IMG/VR virus record: IMGVR_UViG_3300042698_000029 | Location: 89,127-153,126 of that record | DNA from: a virus | Length of the DNA stretch: 64,000 nt | Reading direction: 5' to 3' (one strand) | In this document: positions 1 to 9,590 of the stretch, one piece after another | Numbering within the stretch: position 1 is the first letter of the stretch | Layout of the letters: each line of letters begins with the position of its first letter | Notes under the pieces: generated by a model | The model's database searches: none | Told to the model about the DNA's origin: nothing | Seen by the model: the letters and a program-made list of their open reading frames with translations, nothing else | Position numbers and translations under genes: made by a program

Positions 1-225
1 CTCCGAGAGCAGTGGGTGTGGTTGGGCTCATGGGGAGCCGGTCGCCGGTACGTCACCGGCACCGTGGAGAAGGGCCAGCCCGTAGTCCGGGACGGCGGTC
101 ATGTGTACGTGTGCCTGCGCGAGCATTTCTCCACCGAATATGACCGGCCCTCTACGGGAGGCTCCTTCTGGGGACACGTCGCCTCTTTCTGCTGCCCTTC
201 CTCCGAGGTGGAACTCCGGGGTTAA
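1..225 (+). CDS. 3' end of a gene truncated by the window edge, ending in a CBM5/12-like small carbohydrate-binding module
   Basis: Frame is open back to the window start. W...Y..G...V..GGHVYVCLREH.S....P....FW pattern is typical of CBM5/12-like modules. Confidence 0.45.
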   Translation, partial: LREQWVWLGSWGAGRRYVTGTVEKGQPVVRDGGHVYVCLREHFSTEYDRPSTGGSFWGHVASFCCPSSEVELRG

Positions 226-451
226 TCCCCTCAAGAGGGGTCCGGAAGGGGGATATTCCTCTCGTTCGGGCTGGTGTCCTCTGCCAGGTGGATCTACGGG
301 CTTTATCCTTTTGCCGGACGGCGCTCCTCACACTGGTGGCCCAAAAGGGAGGGGCGTCGTCGGGGATACAGGGCCCGCATGGGTGGCCCTGTACGAGAAA
401 ACGGGCTGGTTGCCTTCACGGTGACCAGCCCGTTTTCGTTGAACGCTCAAA

Positions 452-678
452 GTCTCATCGTCACTCTTCGTATCGTCTCAGCGAAGTTTCATGATCCATA
501 GAGTGAGACTTTTGATGTCACACTAAGTCACTGGAAATCATGACAAAAAGGTCAGGGTCTCACGAGACGTTGAGACGAGTCTCACGGACGTCTCACCGTC
601 TCACCCGGTCCCACCTGCACGTTTTCCCGTGCGACGTGGCCCACTCCCCAAGGGCGCCTCCCCGTGAGACTCCGAGAC
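452..678. repeat. GTCTCA/TGAGAC hexamer array upstream of the TraB-like gene (candidate clt or protein-binding array)
   Basis: GTCTCA at 452, 475, 557, 579, 590, 598; TGAGAC at 504, 571, 665; near matches at 563, 608, 673. GTCTCACC is tandem with 8-bp period at 590-605. Confidence 0.7.
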
Positions 679-804
679 TTTGGTGACTGTCCGTGCGTCA
701 GGCGAGGGGTGCCGGAGAAGTGATCTAGATCACATAAGAGGCCCGTAGAACTATCTGGACACGGTCCGTACGGTGAGAGGTCGATCCCCGAAAAGGAGTC
801 CGCC

Positions 805-2865
805 ATGCTGCACGCATCCGTACCCGCCGCCCAGTTGAATTCCGCTACCGAATACCTGGCCGCCACCGGCGGCGCGGGAGACGCCCTCCAGTGGGTCATC
901 ATCTGGGGCGCCATCCTCTGCGGAGTCCTCTACTTCGTCCGTTACCGCGACGGAGATCACGAGATCTCCGAGGACTTCGGCAAAGTGTTTCGCCGCACGG
1001 GGATGAAGAGGGGCTCCACGCCCGAGAAGGCGGAGGAGGCCCCGGAGCCTGTCGAGGAGGCCGGGCCCCTCTCGGCGGCCGACGTCGAGGCTCTCGTGGA
1101 GCGCAAGCTCGCCGAGCGGATGCCGTCGATGTCCGGTTCTGTCACGATTCCCGGCATCCCCCGTCAGCGCGCGGGGGACCAGGTTCCTCCCCCCTCCATG
1201 CCGGTGAGCTTCGAGAAGGCCCCTGAGGCCGTCCAGGAGCCGCTGCCCGTCGTAGAGGCTGCTCCCCTCCCCGCCGCCCCTGCGAAGCCCGTAGAGGCCG
1301 TCCAGGAGCCCGTCAGCGCCCCGGCGGCCGAAGCCTCTGCGCGTCCTCGTGAGCGCCTGGTCGTGCCCGAAGTGAAGAAGGCCCCCCCGGCCACAGCTGC
1401 CACATCCGCCCCTCGCATCACGCGGGAGGACGAGCCCCTGGAGGCCACCCCGGAGGAGAAGGAGCTGCTCGACAAGCTCGCGCCCCAGGTGTGGGAGAAG
1501 ATCTCCCCCACGCGCAAGCTCGGCGGGACCGTGGTGGAGAGCGCCGTCCTGACCCGGGCCGGGATCCAGGCCGTGATCAAGCTGAACGGCGACTGGACCC
1601 TGCCTAAGTTCCAGGGCCGCGAGGAGTCCGTGCGCATGCTGCTGGAGGTCCGCAAGGACGTCATGACCCGCATCACCGAGTCCGACAAGTCCGGCTGGGT
1701 GGTCCTCAGCCTGCGCACCCGCAGCGCCTGCCCGACCTTCATCCCCTGGTACCCCGGAGCCCCGCTGGGGTTCTGCACCGTGACCGGCAAGGAGATCCGG
1801 GTCGACTTCCGCAGGCACCTGGCCATTGCCGGAGCCTCCAACATGGGCAAGTCCGTGACAGCCCGGAACATCTTCGCCGAGGTGTGCTTCGACTCCGTGG
1901 CCGCCCTGATCTACTGCGACCCCAAGATGGTGGAAGGCGCGCTCTGGCGGGGCCGGGCCCGGGTGGCTCTGGACCCCGATGAGATCCACGACGTGGCCCT
2001 TGAGCTGGACGAAGAGAACACCCGGCGCAAGAACGTCATGCAGCAGCAGGGCTGGGACAAGTGGATCCCCTCCGAGGAGGCTCCCACCCTGATCGTCCCC
2101 GTGGACGAAGGCGCCTCCCTGGTGGCCGACGCCAAGGACTCCTCCCTGGAGAAGGAGGAGAAGATCATCCGCAAGAAGACCCTCTCCATCTTCGTCAAGG
2201 GGGCCCGGGAGTGGCGCTCCCAGGGCATCCACATCATCTGGATGACCCAGTACCCGACCGTGGAAGAGGGGATGCCGCAGCAGATCGGCGCCAACATCCC
2301 GGACCGGATCTCCATGGCGCTCGGCATGGAACGGCACGCCGAGGTCGTCTTCGACAAGGAGAACGTCGCCAACGGCTGGAAGGCCCACAAGCTCCCCCGC
2401 GACCCCAAGGGACTCGCCCTGGTGAAGGTGGGCGAAGAGTGCGAGCCCAACCCCGTGCAGGTCGTCTACCTGGACAAGGACCGGATCGCCGAGCTTCCGC
2501 TGTCGGGCATCTGGTACCCGTCGGGAGTCCGGTACGCCAAGGAGGTCACCGACGAGCCGGAGCCCGTGGACGAGGCCAGCATCGAGCAGGGCGAGCCGGA
2601 GGACGCCGAGCCCAAGGTTGCGGTGAACGACCAGGCCACGACCCTGATCACCCGGGACGGCGAGACGGTCCTGGTCGAGGAGCCATTCACCTCCGAGGAG
2701 AAGGTCCTGATGGCCCTGGAGATGTCCGAGACCGGTCTCATGGCCTTCGCGGACCTGATGAACGAGACGGCCATCCCCAAGCCCACCCTCTACCGGCTGC
2801 TCAACGCCATGCTGGAGAAGGGGAAGATCGCTAAGGGCGGTCACGGCGAGTGGAAGCTCCCCTGA
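805..2865 (+). CDS. traB: FtsK/SpoIIIE-family DNA translocase, TraB-like conjugative transfer protein
   Basis: N-terminal TM segment, Pro/Ala-rich linker, Walker A GASNMGKS, DPK motif, Walker B IVPVDEG, TQYP motif, C-terminal winged helix (FADLMNETAIPKPTLYRLLNAMLEKG). AAGGAG RBS. Confidence 0.85.
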   Translation: MLHASVPAAQLNSATEYLAATGGAGDALQWVIIWGAILCGVLYFVRYRDGDHEISEDFGKVFRRTGMKRGSTPEKAEEAPEPVEEAGPLSAADVEALVERKLAERMPSMSGSVTIPGIPRQRAGDQVPPPSMPVSFEKAPEAVQEPLPVVEAAPLPAAPAKPVEAVQEPVSAPAAEASARPRERLVVPEVKKAPPATAATSAPRITREDEPLEATPEEKELLDKLAPQVWEKISPTRKLGGTVVESAVLTRAGIQAVIKLNGDWTLPKFQGREESVRMLLEVRKDVMTRITESDKSGWVVLSLRTRSACPTFIPWYPGAPLGFCTVTGKEIRVDFRRHLAIAGASNMGKSVTARNIFAEVCFDSVAALIYCDPKMVEGALWRGRARVALDPDEIHDVALELDEENTRRKNVMQQQGWDKWIPSEEAPTLIVPVDEGASLVADAKDSSLEKEEKIIRKKTLSIFVKGAREWRSQGIHIIWMTQYPTVEEGMPQQIGANIPDRISMALGMERHAEVVFDKENVANGWKAHKLPRDPKGLALVKVGEECEPNPVQVVYLDKDRIAELPLSGIWYPSGVRYAKEVTDEPEPVDEASIEQGEPEDAEPKVAVNDQATTLITRDGETVLVEEPFTSEEKVLMALEMSETGLMAFADLMNETAIPKPTLYRLLNAMLEKGKIAKGGHGEWKLP

Positions 2866-2886
2866 TCCTGAGGGACCGCTTGGCAG

Positions 2887-2917
2887 AGCCCCGGAGTCGG
2901 TGGTTGACTCCGGGGCC
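2887..2917 (+). terminator. intrinsic terminator hairpin
   Basis: GCCCCGGAGTC...GACTCCGGGGC inverted repeat directly after the traB stop. Confidence 0.65.
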
Positions 2918-2976
2918 TTAGTCCGTTTGGGGACGACACAGTCGCACTGAGCTGCGACGGAAGGAAGCGATCCGTC

Positions 2977-3264
2977 ATGAGTACCACCTACGACACCGAG
3001 TGGATGTCTCAGATGGCTTGCACGGGCCACGACCCGGACGAGCTCTTCATGGACGGGGCCGCCCAGAGCCGGGGCAAGAGGATCTGCGCTCCGTGCCCTG
3101 TGAAAGCGGAATGCCTGGCGTACGCCAAGGAGCGCGGCATCGACCACGGTGTGTGGGGCGGCTTCACCGACCGGGAGCGGCGTGAGCTGGACCGGAAGTT
3201 CCCTTCGGTCACCGACTGGAAGCGGTTCATCCTGGACGCCAGGTCCCGGCAGGGCGCGGTCTAG
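2977..3264 (+). CDS. whiB: WhiB-family Fe-S transcriptional regulator
   Basis: W...MAC...DPDELF, CxxCPVKAEC and GVWGG motifs. Confidence 0.95.
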   Translation: MSTTYDTEWMSQMACTGHDPDELFMDGAAQSRGKRICAPCPVKAECLAYAKERGIDHGVWGGFTDRERRELDRKFPSVTDWKRFILDARSRQGAV

Positions 3265-3384
3265 ACCTCCAGAAGCACCGCTTCAGTGCACACAGGAAGG
3301 CCCCCTCCGTTATCAGGTCGGAGGGGGCTTCCCCATGATCAGGTATCAGGGTGAACCGGAGAAATGCAGTCCGCTTGCCTTCCC

Positions 3385-3780
3385 TCACCTCTGGTACAGG
3401 ACCTCTCCGAGAGAGTAGGTCTGAACCAGAGCGTCGATGTCTCGTTCCGAGAAAGACGTGACCTTCTCGTCATAGAGGTCCTGGATGAGAGACCAAGCGC
3501 TTCCGTGGTCCAACGGCAGCCGCGCTTCCACAGCCGCCTTCAGTCCATGGGCGAGCGACAGCGTCGTAGCCAGGTAAGCCTTAGGTTCTGGATCATCGTG
3601 CCGGGTCAGCCACAGCACCTGCGAGTGCGGGTCTTCCACCGAACCGACGCGGCTGCGGCGCACGGTCGCCCAGTGGGAGCAGGCGCCGTTCTCCACGAGA
3701 TCCAGCATCTGCTTCCAGTACCGATCGGCGATGCGCGCGGGTTGGAGGGTCAAATCGAAAGAAGGGTCGTGTTCGTGCAC
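3385..3780 (-). CDS. hypothetical protein (131 aa)
   Basis: GGAGG RBS upstream of GTG, coding-like composition, followed by the hairpin at 3296-3332. Confidence 0.6.
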   Translation of the reverse strand: MHEHDPSFDLTLQPARIADRYWKQMLDLVENGACSHWATVRRSRVGSVEDPHSQVLWLTRHDDPEPKAYLATTLSLAHGLKAAVEARLPLDHGSAWSLIQDLYDEKVTSFSERDIDALVQTYSLGEVLYQR

Positions 3781-3931
3781 TCTTCAGACATCCCTCCACA
3801 ATATGCGACCATGCCTGGGTGATCTCGGGGGAGAGCACACGTTCCGGCAGTTTCGGAACAGAGTTGAAGATCAGCCCAACAGAGAAGCCCCAGGACATCG
3901 AGAGTGTCCTGGGGCTTCTTCTCGTGCGCGA

Positions 3932-4294
3932 TCACAGGGACGTCTTGCCGGACGCCGGAGGGTGGCTGTCCGCCGTAAGGATGAGGATCAGGTGTTCATC
4001 GCCTTCGTCGGCTTCTCCGGAGGCTACGAGAACCTTCAGCTCTTGTTGATCGCCTTCGACCCACCAGCACCGCCACGCGGCTCCCCGGCGAGACAGGTAA
4101 GTCTCGTAGGTCTTTCCGCCGGTCGCCTTGTCGAGTTGCGGGTAGCGCTGCGTTTTGATGCCCGGCCCCTCGAAGGGGTCTTGGGCCATGGACTGGAAGA
4201 CTCCCGCGATGTCGGCCGCGAGCTGCCTGTCCTTCTTCATGGCCTTGGCGAGGATCTTCTCCGCCTTCGGTGTGAGCTCCAGGTGCCAAGTCAT
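3932..4294 (-). CDS. RelE/ParE-like toxin
   Basis: WHLELTPKAEK start, DP motif, WRCWW strand and C-terminal hydrophobic strand + H. Start overlaps the upstream stop (ATGA). Confidence 0.6.
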   Translation of the reverse strand: MTWHLELTPKAEKILAKAMKKDRQLAADIAGVFQSMAQDPFEGPGIKTQRYPQLDKATGGKTYETYLSRRGAAWRCWWVEGDQQELKVLVASGEADEGDEHLILILTADSHPPASGKTSL

Positions 4295-5022
4295 TGGGCT
4301 TCCTCCAGCATCTTGGCGAGGAACGTCTTGGCGCTGATACCGCGAACTCCGTCTTGGATCCCCTTCACGGATTCGACTACGTCGTCCGTCACGTACTGAG
4401 GAGGTACTTCGTTGTTCTCGGGCAGGAGCGCGATGACCACCTCCATGGGCATGTACGGCGTGACATCCCCTTCGACGCCACGGTCAGCCAGCATCTTCTT
4501 GAGCTTCTTGCTGACGTGCATCGTCCCGTTCAGGACGAGCACCGGTACGAGGGTGATGACGCCGTCTTCGCTCACGGAAGCCTCGTAGGCCGTGTGAGCC
4601 CCGGCGAGGTCCTTGAGGCGGGCGCGTCCCTGGGCATCGAGAGAGATCAGGCCGGACGATTCGCGCGCAACACAGACCTCCTGCTCCGGGTCGTACCCGC
4701 GAGTCAGGTCCTCCTCGGTAACCCCGGCGTCCTTCAAGTACTCGAAGACCTGCTGGAAGTCGATCGTGTCGGGGAATGTCTCCGTCCAACCTCCGTGGGG
4801 CATCTGGTGAGGGGAGAGGAAAGAACCGGGGTGAAGCTCACGGAGACGGCCCAGCACGTGCCCTTCCATCGTCAGGGACTGGGAAGAGGGGAAGGGGCCG
4901 AGATGGACGACCTTCTCCCACCCGTCGCTAACGAGGGCCTTGACCCGCGCCTCCTTTCCCACGCCAACCTTCAGGGCGCCGAACTGAGCGTGACGGAGGA
5001 CGTAGATTCCGGTAGTACGCAC
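4291..5022 (-). CDS. GIY-YIG (T5orf172-like) domain fused to an AbrB/MazE-like antitoxin domain
   Basis: GIYVL...LKVG...R...E...GWTE in the N-half. ISLDAQGRARL...YEASVSEDGVITLVP swapped-hairpin pattern in the C-half. GTG start at 5022 with GAGGAG RBS. Confidence 0.55.
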   Translation of the reverse strand: MRTTGIYVLRHAQFGALKVGVGKEARVKALVSDGWEKVVHLGPFPSSQSLTMEGHVLGRLRELHPGSFLSPHQMPHGGWTETFPDTIDFQQVFEYLKDAGVTEEDLTRGYDPEQEVCVARESSGLISLDAQGRARLKDLAGAHTAYEASVSEDGVITLVPVLVLNGTMHVSKKLKKMLADRGVEGDVTPYMPMEVVIALLPENNEVPPQYVTDDVVESVKGIQDGVRGISAKTFLAKMLEEAQ

Positions 5023-5156
5023 AGCAACTCCTCGGGGAGGTCTTCGACTTGATGTACCTAGCTTATCAAGCGCAGCTCTCTGGATAAGAGCTAGTACCTG
5101 TGATGTATGCGACAACGAGGAAGCCCCCAGCCAGTACGTCGACTCGGGGCTTCCTG

Positions 5157-5180
5157 TGTTCCGGCTCCAGCGCGGCCGGA
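5157..5180 (-). repeat. 24-bp hairpin element, copy 1 (identical to 10257-10280)
   Basis: TGTTCCGGCTCCAGCGCGGCCGGA lies between a stop codon and the terminator hairpin at 5118-5155. Confidence 0.8.
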
Positions 5181-5186
5181 GCACGA

Positions 5187-5921
5187 TCAGAGCTGTTCCT
5201 CGTAGTGCAGGTACCCGGTCCCCGGGCAGACCTTCACGGCAACCTCTACGACCCGGTCGTCCTCCAGGTACACCGTCCGCACGTCCACCAGAACCGTGGT
5301 CCCCTCTTCCAGCCCAAGGAGGTCCAGTTCCTCGGAGTACGCGGGCCGGGAGGTGATGTCGTGGGAAGCCCTGTCCTGGGGACTGCCGAGCCTCTCGGAG
5401 GCCAGCTCCCGCGATCCGCCCGTAGAAGTGGTTCCTGACAGTTCCGGAACCTGGTTCATGACGTAGGAGGGGTAGTAGGAGCTTGAGAGGTGAGAGACGG
5501 TGCCGTTCCGGGAAACCACCCTGACCCGCACCTGAACCGGATGTCCCGGAGCGACGCCCAGACGTTCGGCCACCACCTCATCAGCGGCCGTCACTTCGGA
5601 TCGGACGATCCGGGAAACTTCCCCTTCCCGCAGTGCCCGTCCGGTCTCCGCGTGGCGCCGCACCCGGTCCGCGATGGAAGGACTCGACACGACGGCCGGA
5701 CGGTAAGCGACTGAAGTCCCGCTTCCCGAGGACGCAACAGTGAGTCCGTCGTTCTTCAGGACCTGGTAGGCCCTGTTGGCCGTGGCCATCGAGATCTTGA
5801 ACTGGTCGCAGACCTTGCGGAGGGTGGGCATCCGGGCGCCCGGGGGCAGCTCGCCCGACAGGATCTTCGTCCGGAAGTAGCCCACCACCTGGTGGTATGT
5901 CCCACGGGTGCTTTCCGTCAT
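5187..5921 (-). CDS. GntR (HutC/UTRA) transcriptional regulator, KorA/TraR-like
   Basis: YHQVV...I.SGELPPGARMPTLR...ISMATANRAY..L..DG...GSGT GntR HTH plus C-terminal UTRA domain. Confidence 0.9.
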   Translation of the reverse strand: MTESTRGTYHQVVGYFRTKILSGELPPGARMPTLRKVCDQFKISMATANRAYQVLKNDGLTVASSGSGTSVAYRPAVVSSPSIADRVRRHAETGRALREGEVSRIVRSEVTAADEVVAERLGVAPGHPVQVRVRVVSRNGTVSHLSSSYYPSYVMNQVPELSGTTSTGGSRELASERLGSPQDRASHDITSRPAYSEELDLLGLEEGTTVLVDVRTVYLEDDRVVEVAVKVCPGTGYLHYEEQL

Positions 5922-6144
5922 GATCTTTTCCCCTATCTTGCTCTGAAGTGTTGCACATCACTCTGTTCTGCTCTAGATTAAATGACGCAAGCAGCGCACG
6001 GCAAGAGAGATCCACTGTGAAGTGGCTCACAGTGTTCGGATAGTTCCAATCTATCCTGACACAAAACGGAGTGTCGCCTCGCGAGATGGCCTGTGATCCG
6101 CACGAAAATGTACGGAAACCCGAAGCGTCCCAAGGGAGCACACC

Positions 6145-6345
6145 GTGTACGACCCCCTGTTCGAGCCTGCGCGCACCTTGAACACGAACTACCTCGCCGA
6201 GGCGCTCCACTCACTGCGGCAGGTCACCCCTCCCCGTCTCGAAGACCAGGCGTACGGAGCTGACGGAGTCTTCGACGTGACGTCCTACTTCGAGTCTCTT
6301 CGAAGGGAGCTCGACCGGATCGAAGACGAGTGGAAGAACCTCTGA
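6145..6345 (+). CDS. hypothetical protein (66 aa)
   Basis: GGGAG RBS, GTG start. Confidence 0.5.
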   Translation: MYDPLFEPARTLNTNYLAEALHSLRQVTPPRLEDQAYGADGVFDVTSYFESLRRELDRIEDEWKNL

Positions 6346-6428
6346 CAAGCAAACAGGGCCCCCGCTACCAACGAGGGCCCCAGATCAAGCAGTTCCCAAC
6401 CGAAGCCATCGGATAAGGAGTCTTCAGC

Positions 6429-6755
6429 ATGAACGACATCGATACCGACCGCAAGGACCGAATCACCTCCGTCGTAGACCTTCTTCAGACGCGGCATGGT
6501 GACCTCTTCAAGACCTTCCCCGTTGCCCGGCAGGCGCGGGAGGTAGTGAGTGCGGTGCAGGGTCTGATCGCCTCCGACGAAGTAATGGTCATCATCCGAC
6601 GGGTCTCCGGTGACCGGCCCAAGCAGGCAGCGGTCGCGAACGCTCTCGCCCGTGCCAAGGAGAGGGGACTCATCCACAGTCCGCGCAAGGGACTGTGGGG
6701 TGCCTCCCTGGCAGGGGGTGTGTACGGAGGAGGGTCCGACCCGACCTCCCCCTGA
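6429..6755 (+). CDS. small winged-helix-like DNA-binding protein
   Basis: AAGGAG RBS. VANALARAKERGLIHSPRKGLWG wHTH wing pattern. Confidence 0.55.
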   Translation: MNDIDTDRKDRITSVVDLLQTRHGDLFKTFPVARQAREVVSAVQGLIASDEVMVIIRRVSGDRPKQAAVANALARAKERGLIHSPRKGLWGASLAGGVYGGGSDPTSP

Positions 6756-6948
6756 CGGGGCGAGCCCGCTCCTGATGGAAGAATGACGGCAGAAAAGCGA
6801 AGGAGCCCCTGGTGTGGATCAGGGGCTCCTTCAGGTACGAACTCCCCATCCCCATGGGGTGCGCGCGATGTCACTATCAATCAGCTACCCAGAGGTTATC
6901 CGATGGGAGTGACGTCACACCACCCCGCTGTCCGGAAGGACCGGAAAA

Positions 6949-8667
6949 GTGACCGATGTCACAGCCCAGATGATCCAGGCCCGAGCCAGCCTGGAGACCG
7001 TGATGACCTCAGTGTCCCGCCTCACTGGGACCAATGGGGAAGTCGTGAGGGCCCTCACAGACCTGGTTGTCGGGGAGGCCGCATGGTTGAGCCTGCTGGA
7101 CCGGGAGGAGATCATCAGCCGCTCTCTGGAAGTCTTGCGAGAGGCCGGATGTAAGGCGTCCCGCCCTCTGGTATCCGGGGCCGTACAGACCGCCTTCAAA
7201 CTCTCCCAGAAGCGCACAGCGGTTGAGGAGCTCTACCTCGAAGCCCAGCAAGGTGACCTGCTCCCACAGATCGATCCGCAGATCTGGACCAACGAGGGCC
7301 GCTACAAGAGGTTCCTGGACTCCCTGTACCGACTCTCCCTGTACCGCCGGGCGCGGCCTGAGTCGGTGCTGGGGTGCTTCGCCGTTCACAGCCTCTGCCT
7401 GATCCCTCCACACACAAGGGTGGAGACGGACGGCAGCGAGAACGCGCTCAACGCTCTGAGCGCGGTGGTGGGCCAGACCGGCAAGGGCAAGGGCAACGTC
7501 CAGGGGTGCACGGACGTCGTTCTCAAGCCATTGATCCAGCAGTCCGTTCCCGGAAAGAACGAACGGGGAGGGATCCGCCGCGCAGCGGGAGTGGCCTCGG
7601 GTGAAGCGATCATCGACCAGTTCTCAGGCAGCTGGGAAGACGATGACGACATCATGGCCGCCGACGAGGATGGAAGGGTCTCTGGGCAGAAGTGGGACGC
7701 CGTTCTCCTGGTCATCGATGAGATGAAGTCCCTGCTGGCCACCATGGACCGGTCGGGCTCCACCACCGACAGCACCCTCACAAGCCTTCTCACCGGAGGC
7801 GACGTGACCTCTCAGAAAGCCGATGTGACGGGCAACGGCGGAGGAAGGGTGACGCTGACGGGAGGCGAATACCGGTTCTGCGGGTCAGGAGGCCTTCAGC
7901 CGGAGTTCTTGGACAGACTGGCGAAGACCGGCGGCATCGGCTTGGTCAAGCGCATCCTGAAGCTGCCCGCCGGGATGCATCCCGACCAGATCCACGCACG
8001 GAAGGTTCTCGTAGAGGGCGGCTACGGTCGCTCAGAGGCCGAAGAGGACGCGGCCCTTCTCCGTTCATCGCTCCACGGCCTGCGCGAGAACGGGACCGTC
8101 ACGGTGGCCCGCTCCATCCAGGAAGTCATCGACAAGATCGCTGATGCTTCTGTCGAGGATCGGGGCTTCAGCGAAGTAGACCCAGCCGGACAGGGTCTCC
8201 ACCTCCGCATCGTTCTCGCGGCCTTCTTCGCCCGTCTGTCCTCTCTGTGGGAGATCGATCGTGACGCCTGGACCATGTCCGGGTACCTCATGAGCTTGGA
8301 CGAGGCGATGCACAGGCACATCCTCGGGTACGTGGGAGAGGTCGAGCAGGACGAGCGGGCCCGAGAGATCGGGGAGTACACGTCCAAGACGGTCTCGGTG
8401 AAGACCAAGGAGACCTGGGAGTCCACGGGCTCGACGCCGGTCCTGGACAGGGCCATGGGGAAGATCCTGGAGTTCATGTACAACGCGGGTGGGGAGCACA
8501 CGGCCACCGACGTCCGGGACAAGTCAGGAGCCAACAGTTCTACTCAGGCCGCTCACAAGGGTGTGACCGGGAAGCAGCTCCACGTTCATGCCTTGGAGCG
8601 GATGGTCATGTCGGGCGCGGTGAAGAAGGTGGGCCGGAAGTTCGTTGCTACTCGGAAGACCCTGTAG
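6949..8667 (+). CDS. Rep-like P-loop ATPase/helicase (DUF3987/YfjI-like) with C-terminal winged helix
   Basis: AVVGQTGKGKG Walker A, SGEAI, LLVIDEM Walker B, GGLQP and KRIL motifs, C-terminal wHTH. Followed by an iteron-like array. Confidence 0.7.
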   Translation: MTDVTAQMIQARASLETVMTSVSRLTGTNGEVVRALTDLVVGEAAWLSLLDREEIISRSLEVLREAGCKASRPLVSGAVQTAFKLSQKRTAVEELYLEAQQGDLLPQIDPQIWTNEGRYKRFLDSLYRLSLYRRARPESVLGCFAVHSLCLIPPHTRVETDGSENALNALSAVVGQTGKGKGNVQGCTDVVLKPLIQQSVPGKNERGGIRRAAGVASGEAIIDQFSGSWEDDDDIMAADEDGRVSGQKWDAVLLVIDEMKSLLATMDRSGSTTDSTLTSLLTGGDVTSQKADVTGNGGGRVTLTGGEYRFCGSGGLQPEFLDRLAKTGGIGLVKRILKLPAGMHPDQIHARKVLVEGGYGRSEAEEDAALLRSSLHGLRENGTVTVARSIQEVIDKIADASVEDRGFSEVDPAGQGLHLRIVLAAFFARLSSLWEIDRDAWTMSGYLMSLDEAMHRHILGYVGEVEQDERAREIGEYTSKTVSVKTKETWESTGSTPVLDRAMGKILEFMYNAGGEHTATDVRDKSGANSSTQAAHKGVTGKQLHVHALERMVMSGAVKKVGRKFVATRKTL

Positions 8668-8722
8668 TTGTTCGAATGCCGAAGCCCGCTCCTCTCCCGG
8701 GGGCGGGCTTCGGTGCGAAAAA

Positions 8723-8935
8723 TGGGACATGGGACAGCGTGTCCCACTTATGCGCGTGAGAGCCAAAACGGTGTCCCATGTTTGTCCCATCTTTTGTTAC
8801 TCTGAGTAATAATTACGGGTACAAACTAGGGTAAAAAGGACAAATTCTCTTTCGCACCCTGTTGTCCCAGTCCGTAAGCGAAAAGTGGGACAAAAATGGG
8901 ACACCTAGCCGGACATGGGACACTGCGTTGTCCCA
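8723..8935. repeat. iteron-like TGGGACA array with central AT-rich segment (candidate replication origin 1)
   Basis: Ten perfect TGGGACA/TGTCCCA copies at 8723, 8730, 8740, 8772, 8783, 8863, 8886, 8897, 8916 and 8929, flanking AT-rich DNA at about 8790-8850. Confidence 0.8.
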
Positions 8936-9073
8936 CTTTTCGGGAGGTCCACCCGTAGCAGGCCCCCGGTCGAACAACATCGGTGTGAAGTACTGCACAT
9001 TCCATCCCTAGTCAGATGGGTCTAAGCTGATAACTCGCAGGAAGCCCCATCCCCCCGTAGAAGGAGAACCCTC

Positions 9074-9334
9074 GTGGCCGATATGAAGCCCACCACCCAG
9101 CAGATCATCGAGGCCCTTTCCCTTGTGGGAGGAGGCGTGACTCTGGTGACCAGCCAGAATCTGATCGCTGCTGCTTTGATCGGTGCCCTGGGGTCCATGG
9201 GCCTCTACAAGGCCTGGAGCGAGGCGAATCTCCGGAGGCGCCGGGAGTTGGCCAAGGACGCCATCCGCCACGCTGCCGCCAAGGGCGACCTGTCCGCCGA
9301 CGACGCCGCCAAGCTGCTGAAGGAGATGCCGTGA
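9074..9334 (+). CDS. small membrane protein (holin- or Spd-like)
   Basis: GAAGGAG RBS, two hydrophobic segments and a charged C-terminus. Confidence 0.55.
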   Translation: MADMKPTTQQIIEALSLVGGGVTLVTSQNLIAAALIGALGSMGLYKAWSEANLRRRRELAKDAIRHAAAKGDLSADDAAKLLKEMP

Positions 9335-9534
9335 ATCGCACCGAGATGAGTACCTACGGCAGGCTGTCCTGGGCGGCCTCATCCCTGGGGGCGGGGGTGT
9401 TCTTCACAGGCCTCCTAGTGGAGGACCCCTACCTGTGGGGGGCCGGTCTGTTCTGGCTGGCGGGGTTCGGGATGCGGGCCTACATCGAGTTCGTCAAGAC
9501 CTTTCCGGACCCCGATGCCGACCCCGGCCTCTAA
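9331..9534 (+). CDS. small two-TM membrane protein
   Basis: GTGA coupling to the upstream gene and two hydrophobic helices. Confidence 0.55.
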   Translation: MNRTEMSTYGRLSWAASSLGAGVFFTGLLVEDPYLWGAGLFWLAGFGMRAYIEFVKTFPDPDADPGL

Positions 9535-9590
9535 AACTCGGCACACCAAGAGAGCCCCCGATCGGATGATCGGGGGCTCTCAGGCTTGGG

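Noticed and set aside
751-3147. 798-aa minus-strand ORF, and similar long ORFs at 15725-17332, 42440-44134, 45002-46840 and 50407-52170
   Set aside because: Antisense shadows of well-supported genes, expected in high-GC DNA. They have no motifs or RBS.
8723-8935. Repeat arrays here, at 452-678 and at 50267-50473 as CRISPR arrays
   Set aside because: Units are 6-8 bp, in both orientations and irregularly spaced. There are no 25-40 bp repeats with spacers and no cas genes.
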